Source: an uncultured Actinomycetota bacterium
GTDB taxonomy: Bacteria; Actinomycetota; Actinomycetes; JAHEKZ01
Direction: 5' to 3'
DNA: 64,000 nucleotides
NCBI GenBank assembly: GCA_963743915.1
Contig: CAVURN010000002.1
Coordinates: 338,247 to 402,246 of the forward strand
Below are positions 16,959 to 26,721 of this stretch, piece by piece (positions within the stretch are counted from its first letter, which is position 1; every line of letters begins with the position of its first letter). The position numbers and the translations under genes are program-made. The notes beneath the pieces are model-generated. The model was not told the DNA's origin, did no database searches, and worked only from the letters and a program-made list of their open reading frames with translations.

Positions 16959-18215
16959 GTGTTCCTGCCCGATGCACTCCCCGAGCCGCTCGTGAGCGTG
17001 CTCGCGGAGGTGCGCGCATGGAGCGAGTCCGAGGTCGGAGCCCCAGCGTCACCTGAAGAGCGTGCCGCCTGGGTCTCGGGGCTGCGACAGCTCGTCGACG
17101 CCGCCGAGGCGGTGTACCTGCAGACCCTGGCCGACTTCGACACACATGGTGACGGTGCCGTCCTGCACGGCGCGCGGACCACCTCTGCCTGGCTTCAGGG
17201 GGCTCTCCACCTCGCCCCCGGGGAGGCGAGCACCCACGTCCGGGTGGCGCGAGCCTCGCGGGATCAGCTCAGTGGACCACTGGATGACCTTCTCCAGGGA
17301 CGGATCACGGCCGGACATCTGTCCGGCATCGAGCGGAGTCTGCGTCGTCTGCCCGAAGCTGTCGTCCCCGAGGCGGCCGCCACGTTGGGGGCGCTGGCCC
17401 GCCAGGTCGACGTCGGACGCCTCCGCACAGCAGGACGCCGGCTCCAGCACGTCGTCGATCCCGACGGCGCACTGCGCGACTGCGAGAAGCAGTTCGAGCG
17501 TCGGTACCTGCAGCTGTCGCCGCTGCTCGACGGCATGGTCGCGATCGACGGCCTGCTCGACGCCGAAGGCGCCGAGGCCGTCGGGGCGGCGCTCGCACCG
17601 GCGCTCGTCCCCGCTGGCGAGCACGACCTCCGCAGCACCGCCCAGCGCCGCGCGGACGGCCTCGTCGACCTTGCCCGCACGGTGATCGACCTGCCCGACG
17701 CCGGCACGCTCTCGAGGCAACCCGTGCAGCTGCAGGTGCACGTTCCCTGGCAGACGCTCATCGACACCCGGGGCGAGCCGGCGTTGCTCGGAGACTCACC
17801 GCGCGAGGGTGTCCCGCTCCCCTGGCTGACGGGTGAGCGTCTCGGATGCGATGCACACGTCGCGCGCATCGTGCTGGGTCCCGACGGTGTCCCACTCGAG
17901 CTCGGACGTTCCGCACGCCTCTTCTCCCCCGCTCAGCGTCGCGCGCTGGCGGTACGTGATGGCGGCTGTCGTTTCCCCGGTTGCCCGCGGCCCCCGCGGT
18001 ACACCGACGCGCACCACATCACCCCGTGGTCGCAGGGCGGCGCCTCTGACCTCGACAACGCCCTGCTGCTCTGTCGTCACCACCACCGCCTCGTCCATGA
18101 GGGCGGATGGAGCATCCGCGGGCCCGACGGCGAGCTCGCCGCCGACGGCAATGCGCTCCTCTGCTTCTGTGGTCCGGATGGGCAGAAGCTCACCAGCGAT
18201 GCGCGAGGTCCGTAG
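16959..18215 (+). CDS. DUF222 / HNH endonuclease domain protein (13E12-repeat-family type), copy 1
   Basis: 418 aa. The C-terminus VRDGGCRFPGCPRPPRYTDAHHITPWSQGGASDLDNALLLCRHHHRLVHEGGW is an HNH motif. The N-terminal and middle regions are DUF222-like (AQRRADGLVDLAR). Confidence 0.88.
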   Translation: MFLPDALPEPLVSVLAEVRAWSESEVGAPASPEERAAWVSGLRQLVDAAEAVYLQTLADFDTHGDGAVLHGARTTSAWLQGALHLAPGEASTHVRVARASRDQLSGPLDDLLQGRITAGHLSGIERSLRRLPEAVVPEAAATLGALARQVDVGRLRTAGRRLQHVVDPDGALRDCEKQFERRYLQLSPLLDGMVAIDGLLDAEGAEAVGAALAPALVPAGEHDLRSTAQRRADGLVDLARTVIDLPDAGTLSRQPVQLQVHVPWQTLIDTRGEPALLGDSPREGVPLPWLTGERLGCDAHVARIVLGPDGVPLELGRSARLFSPAQRRALAVRDGGCRFPGCPRPPRYTDAHHITPWSQGGASDLDNALLLCRHHHRLVHEGGWSIRGPDGELAADGNALLCFCGPDGQKLTSDARGP

Positions 18216-18275
18216 CTCCATGCGGAGATGCTGATACCTCATTGACGCTCGCCGTGTGCCGCCATACTGCGCACC

Positions 18276-18761
18276 ATGGCCAAGATCCCAGCGCGACCCG
18301 CGCGCCGGAGCGCCTGGCTCCGCCGAAGGTGGCGGTGGCTACTCGTCGCCGTCGTCCTTCTGTTCGCATTGATCATCGGTTGGGCGTGGCAGCAGTCACG
18401 AGAGGCGGAGCTCACCTCGCTGGCCTGGGACAGGGCTTGGGGGGTCCGTGTCGAGGCGGACTTCGCCCCTGTGCTTCCGATCACGGTCACCGGTGCCACG
18501 CTCACCACGGACGCCGGTGGTGGCGTTGGCTATCTCTGGGACACCTCATCGGCGGCCGAAATGCCCCCTGACCAGATGCGCATTCACTGGGGCCGGCCAG
18601 CCTCGCTCTCGTTCACCTTCGTCCCAACATGCGAGGGGCCCGTCGACGACGAAGGGGTCATCACTCTGCAGACGGCGAACGGGGAACGGCGCGTGTCCGT
18701 CGACCTTCCCAGACTGAGTGACGCGGTGAAGGGCTGGTGCGCGTTCGTCGAGACCCGCTGA
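18276..18761 (+). CDS. Hypothetical membrane-anchored protein
   Basis: 161 aa with an Arg-rich N-terminus followed by one TM helix (WLLVAVVLLFALIIGWAW). I recognise no family. Codon usage looks coding. Confidence 0.5.
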   Translation: MAKIPARPARRSAWLRRRWRWLLVAVVLLFALIIGWAWQQSREAELTSLAWDRAWGVRVEADFAPVLPITVTGATLTTDAGGGVGYLWDTSSAAEMPPDQMRIHWGRPASLSFTFVPTCEGPVDDEGVITLQTANGERRVSVDLPRLSDAVKGWCAFVETR

Positions 18762-18800
18762 CCGGTCGGCGCGGCCACATGCAGCATCGCCGGGCAAAGC

Positions 18801-19625
18801 TCACGCGTGCTGCGCGCGGGCGCTCGCGTACAGGCACAACGCCGCCGCTGTGGCGAGGTTGAGGCTCTCGGCCTTGCCGTAGATCGGGATGCGGACCACG
18901 GCGTCCGCCAGTGCGAGGACGTCGGGGGGAACACCCCACGCCTCGTTGCCGAACACCCAGGCCGTGGGGTAGGCCAGCTCACCGCGCGGGGCGAGGTGGT
19001 CGAGGTCTGTCTCTCCGCTGCCGTCCGCGATGAGGACCCGCAGCCGTGCTGCATGCACTGCGCTGACCGCGTCGGTGACGGTGACTCCCGTCACGATCGG
19101 CAGGTGGAAGATCCCGCCCACCGACGCGCGTACGGCCTTGCCGTTGTACGGGTCCACCGAGTTGCCGGCGAAGATGACGGCGGCCGCACCGGCTGCGTCG
19201 GCAGCCCGGATGACCGATCCCGCGTTCCCGGGGTCGCGGACGTCGGCGAGCACCGCGACCAGTCGAGGGCGCCGCTTCAGCACCGCGTCGAGCGGAAGAT
19301 CGACGCAGTCGGCGACCGCCACCAGGCCCTGCGGGGTCACCGTTCCCGCGAGCGAGGCCAGCACGGACTCGGCGGCCGTGACGACGGGGACGCCCGCGTC
19401 TGCCGCCAGATCGACGAGCTCGGGGTACCGATCTCCCGCGTCCACCGCCGTGATCAGCTCGTGCAGGGTCGCGCGACCTTCGCGCGCGGCGACAAGCGCC
19501 TCGCGGACTGCCTGCGCCCCCTCGACCAGGAAACGCCCCTGCTCCTGCCGAGAAGCACGACGGGCGAGCCCCCGGAGCCGCCGAACCCGGGCAGCGCTCG
19601 GGTCGGTGAGCTCAGGGCTCGCCAC
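18801..19625 (-). CDS. TrmH/SpoU-family RNA 2'-O-methyltransferase
   Basis: 274 aa with SpoU motifs DPGNAGSVIRAADAAG, VFGNEAWGV and ESLNLATAAALCLY. It occupies the conserved position downstream of rplT. Confidence 0.88.
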   Translation of the reverse strand: MASPELTDPSAARVRRLRGLARRASRQEQGRFLVEGAQAVREALVAAREGRATLHELITAVDAGDRYPELVDLAADAGVPVVTAAESVLASLAGTVTPQGLVAVADCVDLPLDAVLKRRPRLVAVLADVRDPGNAGSVIRAADAAGAAAVIFAGNSVDPYNGKAVRASVGGIFHLPIVTGVTVTDAVSAVHAARLRVLIADGSGETDLDHLAPRGELAYPTAWVFGNEAWGVPPDVLALADAVVRIPIYGKAESLNLATAAALCLYASARAQHA

Positions 19626-19643
19626 GTCGATGGGTGCCGCCGG

Positions 19644-20024
19644 TCAGGCAGCGGGTGCGTTGCGGTCGTCGGGCAGCGCCGCCTTGGCGGTCTCGACCAG
19701 AGCCTCGAAGGCCTTCGGGTCGTTGACCGCGAGCTCGGCGAGCATGCGGCGGTCGACCTCGAGGCCGGCCGCCTTCATTCCCTGCACGAAACGGTTGTAG
19801 GTGAGCCCGTGCGAGCGGGAGGCAGCGTTGATGCGCTGGATCCACAGCCGACGGAAGTCGCCCTTGCGCGCCTTGCGGTCGCGGTAGGAGTAGCCGAGGG
19901 AGTGAGTGACCTGCTCCTTGGCCTTGCGGTACAGGCGCGACCGCTGCCCGCGGTATCCCTCGGCGCGGGACAGGACGGTACGACGCTTCTTCGACGCGTT
20001 GACTGCGCGCTTGACGCGTGCCAT
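19644..20024 (-). CDS. rplT: 50S ribosomal protein L20
   Basis: 126 aa, starts [15 protein letters not shown] and continues [10 protein letters not shown]. Confidence 0.97.
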   Translation of the reverse strand: MARVKRAVNASKKRRTVLSRAEGYRGQRSRLYRKAKEQVTHSLGYSYRDRKARKGDFRRLWIQRINAASRSHGLTYNRFVQGMKAAGLEVDRRMLAELAVNDPKAFEALVETAKAALPDDRNAPAA

Positions 20025-20057
20025 GGGGTGTCTCCTGGGGTTTCGGGTCAGCCAGGC

Positions 20058-20252
20058 TCAGCGGCCGAGCAGCTTCTTGGCTTTGCGGGTGTCGGCGGGT
20101 GAGAGCTCGACGTCGACCGACAGACGTCGGGTACGACGGCTCGACTTGCCCTCGAGCAGGTGGCGCTTGTTGGTGCGCTCGCGCATCAGCTTGCCGCTCC
20201 CGGTGACCCGGACGCGCTTCTTGGTGCCGCTGTGCGTCTTGTTCTTCGGCAT
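20058..20252 (-). CDS. rpmI: 50S ribosomal protein L35
   Basis: 64 aa, [21 protein letters not shown]. Confidence 0.96.
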   Translation of the reverse strand: MPKNKTHSGTKKRVRVTGSGKLMRERTNKRHLLEGKSSRRTRRLSVDVELSPADTRKAKKLLGR

Positions 20253-20989
20253 CGCTCTCTCCTTGCCCTTCTTGACTCGACGCGCCCGGTGGGCCCGCTC
20301 TGGCTGTGGCCTTCGGTGCGTCGGCCGGTGGTCTGTGGTGTCCTGCTACTCGCTGGCGTCGCTGCTCTCGGTCGCCGCGTGGCCTCGGCCTCGGCGTCCT
20401 GGGCGGCCGCGTACTCGGCGTCGGAGTCGCGCTTGCGGGTCTCCCGCTCAGCGCGCTGCTCGGCCATCACGTCGGCCTTCTTCCGGGTTGGCCCGAGGAC
20501 CATCACCATGTTCCGGCCGTCCTGCTTCGGCGACGACTCGACGAAGCCGAGCTCGGCGACGTCCTCGGCCAGCTTCTGCAGCAGGCGGAACCCGAGCTCG
20601 GGACGGCTCTGCTCACGACCACGGAACATGATGGTGATCTTCACCTTGTCCCCGGCCTTGAGGAAGCGGACCACGTGACCCTTCTTGGTCTCGTAGTCGT
20701 GCTGGTCGATCTTGGGGCGCAGCTTCATCTCTTTGATGATGGTGTGGGCCTGGTTCTTGCGGGCCTCACGGTCCTTCATCGCCGACTCGTACTTGAACTT
20801 GCCGTAGTCCATGAGCTTGGCCACGGGCGGACGGGCCATCGGGGCCACCTCGACGAGGTCGAGGTCGGACTCCTGGGCCAGCCGCAGCGCGTCCTCGATC
20901 CGGACGATGCCGACCTGTTCGCCGTTCGGACCGACCAGCCGCACCTCGGGGACGCGGATCCGGTCGTTGATGCGGGTTTCGGCGCTGAT
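20186..20989 (-). CDS. infC: Translation initiation factor IF-3, ATC start codon; the 3' tail is probably frame-shifted (about 20378) and the likely true stop is about 20347
   Basis: The minus strand reads AAGGAGcactcATC AGC GCC GAA ACC CGC ATC AAC GAC..., giving [25 protein letters not shown]. The listed ORF tail overlaps rpmI by 67 nt. The alternative frame ends ...ESSDASE* at about 20347. Confidence 0.9.
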   Translation of the reverse strand: MSAETRINDRIRVPEVRLVGPNGEQVGIVRIEDALRLAQESDLDLVEVAPMARPPVAKLMDYGKFKYESAMKDREARKNQAHTIIKEMKLRPKIDQHDYETKKGHVVRFLKAGDKVKITIMFRGREQSRPELGFRLLQKLAEDVAELGFVESSPKQDGRNMVMVLGPTRKKADVMAEQRAERETRKRDSDAEYAAAQDAEAEATRRPRAATPASSRTPQTTGRRTEGHSQSGPTGRVESRRARRERCRRTRRTAAPRSASGSPGAAS

Positions 20990-21240
20990 GAGTGCTCCTT
21001 GTTCCGGTGACAGAGACGGACCCGGACACGAAGAAGGCCCCCGTGCCTGTGCAGACGGGAGCCCGAATGGTCAGGAAGTCAGCGGAGCCGACACCCTGCG
21101 CACCGGCGTACACCGGTGCTGACCGGACCCGACGACCTGTGGTCCACGACGTGGAGCCGGCGGTCGATGCGGGTGGGAGGCGGGCCTCCGCTTGCAGATC
21201 CGGCGGTGAACCGGATCGGTCGTGGTGAGAGGGTACCAGG

Positions 21241-21615
21241 ATGACCGGCACACCCTCGAATTCGGACGCAGCCGACGGAGCCCTGCGCGACATCGCCGAG
21301 GTGCCGGCCATTGAGGTGGTCACGACCGTGGCCCTGCACCTGATGAGCGCCGCCGCGGTCAAGGTCGGGCTCGGCGCCCACGACGATGCGACCGACGAGA
21401 CCGACCTGGACGAGGCGCGCACCCTGATCACGGCGCTCGCAGGGCTGGTCACCGCTGCCGCTCCGCGACTGGGGACCTTTCACGCCGCGCCGCTCCGGGA
21501 CGGGCTCCGGACCTTGCAGCTCGCCTTCCGCGAGGCGTCGCCGGTCCCCGATGAGCCCGGACAGGGACCCGGCGAGGAGCTGACCGGGCCGGTCTTCCCC
21601 ACCGCCCCGCGCTAG
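21241..21615 (+). CDS. DUF1844-like small acidic protein
   Basis: 124 aa, divergent from infC, as in other actinobacteria. Acidic and Ala-rich. Family assignment is from memory. Confidence 0.55.
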   Translation: MTGTPSNSDAADGALRDIAEVPAIEVVTTVALHLMSAAAVKVGLGAHDDATDETDLDEARTLITALAGLVTAAAPRLGTFHAAPLRDGLRTLQLAFREASPVPDEPGQGPGEELTGPVFPTAPR

Positions 21616-21648
21616 ACGTCCGCCACCTGGGGTGGCTGGAACTCCCGA

Positions 21649-22371
21649 CTACTCCACGACGGTGGCGTCAGCAGCCGCTGGGGCAGCGGAGTCTCCCGCG
21701 CGCAGCAGCGGGTAGAGAAGGGCGGCCAGCAGACCGCCGACCGCGGGGGCCAGGATGAAGACCCACAGCTGGCTGAGCGCGTCCCCGCCCTCGAAGAGCG
21801 CAGGCCCGAACGAACGGGCCGGGTTCACCGAGGTGCCCGTCAGGGGGATGCCGACGAGGTGCACGACCGCCAGCGCAGTGCCGATGCCGATGCCGGCCAG
21901 CGCGGCGGTGGCGGCCTTGTCCGTCACCAGCAGGATGACCAGCACGAAGACCAGGGTGAGCACGGTCTCGACGACCAGGGCACCGGCGAGGTTGATCCCC
22001 GCACCTTCGCCGTAGGCGTTGGTGCCGAGCGCTCCGGTCTGGTCGAGCACGTCGAACTGCTCGACCATGAGCCAGAGCAGGAATGCGCCCAAGGTGGCGC
22101 CGAGGAACTGCACCACCGCGTAGAGCCCACCCGTGGCAGCGTCCATGCGCTTGGTCACGACCATGGCGATGGTGACGGCCGGGTTGACGTGGCAGCCGCT
22201 GATCGGCCCGAAGGCGTACACGCCGAACGCGAGCACGAAGCCGAAGGCGAGGGCCACCGCCAACGACCCGTTGGTCTCGATCCCGGAGACCGCTGCGCCC
22301 ACGGCGAGGAACACCAGGGCGAACGTTCCGACGAACTCGGTGAGCAAGCGCTTGGTCAGGTCATCAGCCAT
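21649..22371 (-). CDS. aqpZ: Aquaporin / MIP-family channel
   Basis: Starts [17 protein letters not shown]. Has two NPA boxes ([14 protein letters not shown]) and six hydrophobic segments. Confidence 0.9.
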   Translation of the reverse strand: MADDLTKRLLTEFVGTFALVFLAVGAAVSGIETNGSLAVALAFGFVLAFGVYAFGPISGCHVNPAVTIAMVVTKRMDAATGGLYAVVQFLGATLGAFLLWLMVEQFDVLDQTGALGTNAYGEGAGINLAGALVVETVLTLVFVLVILLVTDKAATAALAGIGIGTALAVVHLVGIPLTGTSVNPARSFGPALFEGGDALSQLWVFILAPAVGGLLAALLYPLLRAGDSAAPAAADATVVE

Positions 22372-23197
22372 GGCCCTCATGGTGCCGGGTTCGCGACCCC
22401 CGGGGCGAGAGGACGTCCGGCGTGTCGGGTGTCCGGTCAGGGGGCACGGACGCGACCCGCAGCCCGTCCGGCAGGGCCGCGACCAGGGCGCGGTCGCCGC
22501 GCAGCCGGGTGAGCAGCGGCTCCAGCTGGTCCCGTGACAGGGGCGGGTCCGCCACCAGGACGAGGCCGACGGAGGGCTCCTCCGCACCTGCCGGTCCCGC
22601 TTCCACCGGAGGTGCGGCGGTCGTCACCAGGTGCGCGGACAGCAGCAGGCTCGTGACGCCGGGTTCGGCCTCCAGGACGCCCCGCGCGGCTGCCTGCACG
22701 ACCGGGTCGGCCGAGGGGTCCCCGGGTGCGCGCGCCGCAGCGGCCAGGAGCAGCAGCTCACCGTCCGCGACCGCGAAGGGCACGGGGCCGGCGGCATCGA
22801 CCAGCAGCGCGTCGGCGCCCTCGTCCAGGGCGGCACGTGCGGCCAAGGGGGCTGCCAACGGCACCGGTCGGGCGTCGTCCTGCCAGGCCCGAAGACTCTC
22901 GGTTCCCGTGAAGGCCAGCAGCGAACGTCGCCCGTCCGCCGCCTCGATCAGGACCGTGGCCATGGAGGACTGCTTGTCCCGGCGCAGTCCGTCCGCGCCG
23001 GTCTCCGACTCATCGAGCATCGCGACGACGGGCACGAGCAGCCGGCTCGCGGCCAGTGCGCGCAGCACGCCGGAGCCGTCGCCCGTCCCCGCGGCGGCCG
23101 CGTGGAGGGCGTGCACCAGGTCGGCCGACGGCGCACCGTCGTCGTCGGGCAGCGGAGGTGCGGGGACGGGCGCACCGGCGAACCGCGGATCGGTCAC
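22364..23197 (-). CDS. SseB-like conserved hypothetical protein
   Basis: C-terminal 278 aa of the chimeric ORF 22364-24532. The GTG overlaps the hisG stop (GTGA). Sequence is Ala/Leu-rich ([15 protein letters not shown]...[13 protein letters not shown]). The stop overlaps the aqpZ start by 8 nt. Confidence 0.55.
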   Translation of the reverse strand: MTDPRFAGAPVPAPPLPDDDGAPSADLVHALHAAAAGTGDGSGVLRALAASRLLVPVVAMLDESETGADGLRRDKQSSMATVLIEAADGRRSLLAFTGTESLRAWQDDARPVPLAAPLAARAALDEGADALLVDAAGPVPFAVADGELLLLAAAARAPGDPSADPVVQAAARGVLEAEPGVTSLLLSAHLVTTAAPPVEAGPAGAEEPSVGLVLVADPPLSRDQLEPLLTRLRGDRALVAALPDGLRVASVPPDRTPDTPDVLSPRGSRTRHHEGHG

Positions 23198-24058
23198 AGG
23201 CGACAGGCGTGGATGTCGGTGACGAGGATCCCGCGGGCACCGAGGTCGTAGAGCTCGTCCATCACCTTGTTCGTCTGCGGCCGCGGCACCAGAGCACGGA
23301 CGGCCACCCATGCCGGGTCGTGCAGCGGCGAGATCGTGGGTGACTCGATGCCCGGGGTGATCGCACACGCCTGCTCGACCAAGGTCGACGGGACGTCGTA
23401 GTCGACGATCACGTAGGTGGCGGCCGACGATCACGCCGTTGCAGCCGTCGCTGGAGCTGGTCGAGCGCGGTCTCGACGTCCGCGGCGGCGCTGCCGTTCC
23501 CCGAGCCCCGGATGAGGACCGCCTCGCTCTGCAGGATCGGCTCGCCGAACACCTCGAGGCCGGCCTGCCGCAGGGTGGACCCGGTCTCGACGACGTCCGC
23601 CACGACGTCGGCCACCCCGAGCCGGATGGCCGTCTCCACCGCGCCGTCGAGCCGCGTGACGGAGACCTCGATGCCGTGGTCGGCCAGGTACGCCTGCGAC
23701 CAGCCGGGGGTACGACGACGCCACCCGCAGCCCCTCGAGGTCGGCGATGGTGTCCGCGGTCCCGGGTCGCGCCGCGAACCGGAAGGTGGACGCCCCGAAG
23801 CCGAGTGGCATCACCTCCTCGGGCGTCGGAACCGCTGTCGAGCAGCAGGTCCCGGCCGGTGATGCCGACGTCGAGCTGCCCGGACCCCACGTAGGTGGCG
23901 ATGTCGCGGGGACGGAGGAAGAAGAACTCGGTGTCGTTGTCGGGGTCGTGCAGGACGAGCTCGCGTGCCACCGTGCGCTGCCGGTAGCCGGCCTCGCGCA
24001 GCATCCGGGAGGCCGGCTCGGAGAGCGACCCCTTGTTGGGGACGGCGACGCGGAGCAT
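23194..24058 (-). pseudogene. hisG: ATP phosphoribosyltransferase, four frame breaks (about 23823, 23709, 23441, 23419)
   Basis: The pieces [24 protein letters not shown] / [21 protein letters not shown] / ..[44 protein letters not shown] / GVIVGRH / [20 protein letters not shown] fall in four frame segments. Confidence 0.9.
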
Positions 24059-24105
24059 GGCGTCCTTCCTGAGGGCGGAGGTGGGTGCGGGTGTGGTCGG
24101 AGCGG

Positions 24106-24370
24106 TCAGAGGCGCCGGTAGACGTCCTCGAGGGACAGGTCGCAGGCGATCATCATCACCTGCACGTGGTACAGCAGCTGGGCGAGCTCCTCGGCCGCGC
24201 GGTCGGCGCCCTCGTGCTCGGCGGCCATCCACGCCTCGGCAGCCTCCTCGACCAGCTTCTTGCCGATCGCGTGCACACCCGTCGTCGAGCAGGCGCACCG
24301 TGCCGGAGCCGTCGGGCCGGGTCAGGCTGCGCGCCTGCAGCTCGTTGAAGAGGTCGTCGAAGGTCTTCAT
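24106..24370 (-). pseudogene. hisE: Phosphoribosyl-ATP pyrophosphatase, one frame break (about 24277)
   Basis: Reads [31 protein letters not shown], then slips. The shifted frame reads [23 protein letters not shown]...[23 protein letters not shown]. Confidence 0.85.
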
Positions 24371-24410
24371 GGCAGGCCCCAGCGTAGTGAGCGCACCACA
24401 GGCCGACCCG

Positions 24411-24881
24411 TCACCCTCGTCTCGTCCGCAGTCCGGTCGCCATGGCGACGGCGGCGGCGGCCGCCTCGGCGCCCTTGTCCTCGGTCGAGCCCGGCAGGCC
24501 CGCCCGGGCCAGTGCCTGCTCCTCGTCGTCACAGGTGAGGACGCCGAAGCCCACCGGGCGTCCGCTGTCCAGCATCACTCTCAGGAGACCGTCGGTGGCG
24601 GCCCGGCACACGTACTCGAAGTGCGGAGTCCCTCCGCGCACGACCACCCCGAGGGCAACCACCGCGTCGTGCTGCTCGGCGAGCGCGGCCGCACCGAGCG
24701 GCAGCTCGAACGCCCCAGGCACGCGCAGCTCCTCCACCACGGAGACGCCGGCAGCCGCGAGGGCGCGTCGTGCGCCCTCGAGCAGCCCGTCCATCACGAC
24801 GGTGTGCCACTGCGAGGCGACGACACCGACGCTGAGCCCGCTGCCGTCGACCTCCAGGTCGGGTGCTCCTGCTCCGCTCAT
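24411..24881 (-). CDS. ribH: 6,7-dimethyl-8-ribityllumazine synthase
   Basis: 156 aa, with VPGAFELP and GGTPHFEYV motifs. Confidence 0.95.
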   Translation of the reverse strand: MSGAGAPDLEVDGSGLSVGVVASQWHTVVMDGLLEGARRALAAAGVSVVEELRVPGAFELPLGAAALAEQHDAVVALGVVVRGGTPHFEYVCRAATDGLLRVMLDSGRPVGFGVLTCDDEEQALARAGLPGSTEDKGAEAAAAAVAMATGLRTRRG

Positions 24882-26128
24882 CGGGTGCCTCCTTCGGTGG
24901 GGGTGTCGAGATCCGGCAGCTCGTGCCCCATCCGGTCGCGCTTGGTCGCCAGGTAGCGCACGTTCGCGTCCGTGACCGACGGTGGCAGCGGCTCGCGGGC
25001 GACGATGGTCAGGCCGTAGCCCTCGAGACCGGCGCGCTTGGTGGGGTTGTTCGTGAGCAGCCGCATCGTGCGCACCCCGAGGTCGGCCAGGATCTGGGCC
25101 CCGGTGCCGTAGTCACGGGCATCGGCGGGCAGTCCGAGCTCGAGGTTGGCCTCGACGGTGTCGGCGCCGGCGTCCTGCAGCTGGTAGGCGCGCAGCTTGT
25201 GCAGCAGCCCGATGCCGCGGCCCTCGTGGCCGCGCAGGTACAGCACCACCCCGCGACCCTCGTCGGCGACCCGCTGCAGGGCCGTGGCGAGCTGCGGGCC
25301 GCAGTCGCACCGGGTCGACCCGAGCACGTCACCGGTGAGGCACTCGCTGTGCACCCGCACGAGCACGTCGTCGCCGTCGCCGATGTCGCCGCACACCAGC
25401 GCCACGTGGTCGGTGCCCGTGATGGTGTCGCGGTACCCGAAGGCGGTGAAGGTGCCGAAGCGCGTGGGCAGCTGGGTGGAGGCCACCCGCTCCACCTGGC
25501 GTTCCGTGCACCGGACGTGAGCGATGAGGTCCGCGATCGAGATCATCGTCAGGCCGTGCTCGTCCGCGAACTCCCGCAGCTGCGGTGCCCGCATCATCGA
25601 GCCGTCGTCGTGGACGATCTCGCAGATCGCTCCCGCGGGGCTGAGCCCCGCCAGGCGGGCCAGGTCCACGGCCGCCTCGGTGTGGCCCGGCCGGCGCAGC
25701 ACCCCTCCCTCGGCCGCCCGCAGCGGGAAGACGTGACCGGGCCTGGTGATCTCGTTCGGCTCGGTCGCCGAGTCGGCCAGCACGCGGATGGTGTGGGCCC
25801 GGTCAGCCGCTGAGATCCCGGTCGTGATGCCGTCGCGGGAGTCGACGCTGACGGCGTACGCCGTTCCCTTGCGGTCCTCGTTGACCATGGTCATCGGGGG
25901 CAGGGCGAGCCGGTCGAGGTCGGGGCCGGTCATGGCCACGCAGATGACGCCGGACGTGTGGCGGATCATGAAGCCCGCCAGCTCCGGGGTGGCACGCTGC
26001 GCGGCGAAGATGAGGTCGCCCTCGTTCTCGCGGTCCTCGTCGTCGACGACGACAACAGCGCGGCCGACGGCGATGTCCGCGATGGCCTGCTCGACCGGAT
26101 CGAGCCGCAGGGGGACGGTGGTGGCCAT
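24878..26128 (-). CDS. ribBA: Bifunctional 3,4-dihydroxy-2-butanone-4-phosphate synthase / GTP cyclohydrolase II
   Basis: 416 aa. The N-half has [16 protein letters not shown]. The C-half has [20 protein letters not shown]. Confidence 0.95.
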   Translation of the reverse strand: MATTVPLRLDPVEQAIADIAVGRAVVVVDDEDRENEGDLIFAAQRATPELAGFMIRHTSGVICVAMTGPDLDRLALPPMTMVNEDRKGTAYAVSVDSRDGITTGISAADRAHTIRVLADSATEPNEITRPGHVFPLRAAEGGVLRRPGHTEAAVDLARLAGLSPAGAICEIVHDDGSMMRAPQLREFADEHGLTMISIADLIAHVRCTERQVERVASTQLPTRFGTFTAFGYRDTITGTDHVALVCGDIGDGDDVLVRVHSECLTGDVLGSTRCDCGPQLATALQRVADEGRGVVLYLRGHEGRGIGLLHKLRAYQLQDAGADTVEANLELGLPADARDYGTGAQILADLGVRTMRLLTNNPTKRAGLEGYGLTIVAREPLPPSVTDANVRYLATKRDRMGHELPDLDTPTEGGTR

Positions 26129-26721
26129 CAGCGGTCTCCTCGCATCATCTGCTCCACGTACTTGGCCACGACGTCGACCTCCAGGTTCACCGGGTCACCG
26201 GGTTGTCTGCTGCCCAGAGTGGTGAGCGCGAGCGTCGCGGGGATCAGGCTCACGGTGAAGGTGCCCTCACCGAGCGCAGCCACCGTCAGCGACACCCCGT
26301 CGACCGTGATGGAGCCCTTCTCCACGACGTACCGGTTCAGGTCGGGAGGCAGCGAGATCTCGACGAGCTCCCAGCTCTCGCCGGGCGTGCGCCGCACGAT
26401 CGTGGCTGTCGCGTCGACGTGCCCCTGCACCAGGTGCCCGCCGAGCCGCGACTGGAGGGTCAGCGGCCGTTCCAGGTTCACCGGCGAACCGGGTCGCAGG
26501 ACGCCCAGGCTCGAGCGCTGCAGCGTCTCCTCCATCACGTCGGCGGTGAAGGTGCCGTCCTCGACCGAGGTGACGGTCAGGCACACCCCGTTCACCGCGA
26601 TGGAGTCGCCGTGTCCGGCGTCCTCGGTCACGAGTGGACCGCGGATCCGCACGGCGGCCGATGCCGCTCCATGCTCGACCGTGACGACCTCGCCGAGCTC
26701 CTCGACGATCCCTGTGAACAT
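26128..26721 (-). CDS. ribE: Riboflavin synthase (alpha chain)
   Basis: 197 aa. Starts [10 protein letters not shown] and has an internally duplicated barrel with [11 protein letters not shown] / [11 protein letters not shown]. Confidence 0.94.
   Translation of the reverse strand: MFTGIVEELGEVVTVEHGAASAAVRIRGPLVTEDAGHGDSIAVNGVCLTVTSVEDGTFTADVMEETLQRSSLGVLRPGSPVNLERPLTLQSRLGGHLVQGHVDATATIVRRTPGESWELVEISLPPDLNRYVVEKGSITVDGVSLTVAALGEGTFTVSLIPATLALTTLGSRQPGDPVNLEVDVVAKYVEQMMRGDR

Noticed and set aside
16959-18215. DUF222/HNH genes (also 53436-54722) as insertion sequences or other mobile elements.
   Set aside because: No transposase or integrase, no terminal inverted repeats or target duplications seen. 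The flanks are intact core genes, and the two copies are diverged paralogues rather than identical repeats.
20990-21240. Calling this region a known L20-leader RNA.
   Set aside because: The Rfam L20 leader is a Firmicute element and I cannot match its structure by eye. It is kept only as a speculative structured leader in the findings.
22364-24532. 722-aa multi-domain ORF spanning hisE, hisG and the SseB-like gene.
   Set aside because: It is a chimeric read-through created by five frame breaks. Only the first 31 aa of hisE, two hisG segments and the last 278 aa are in their native frames.
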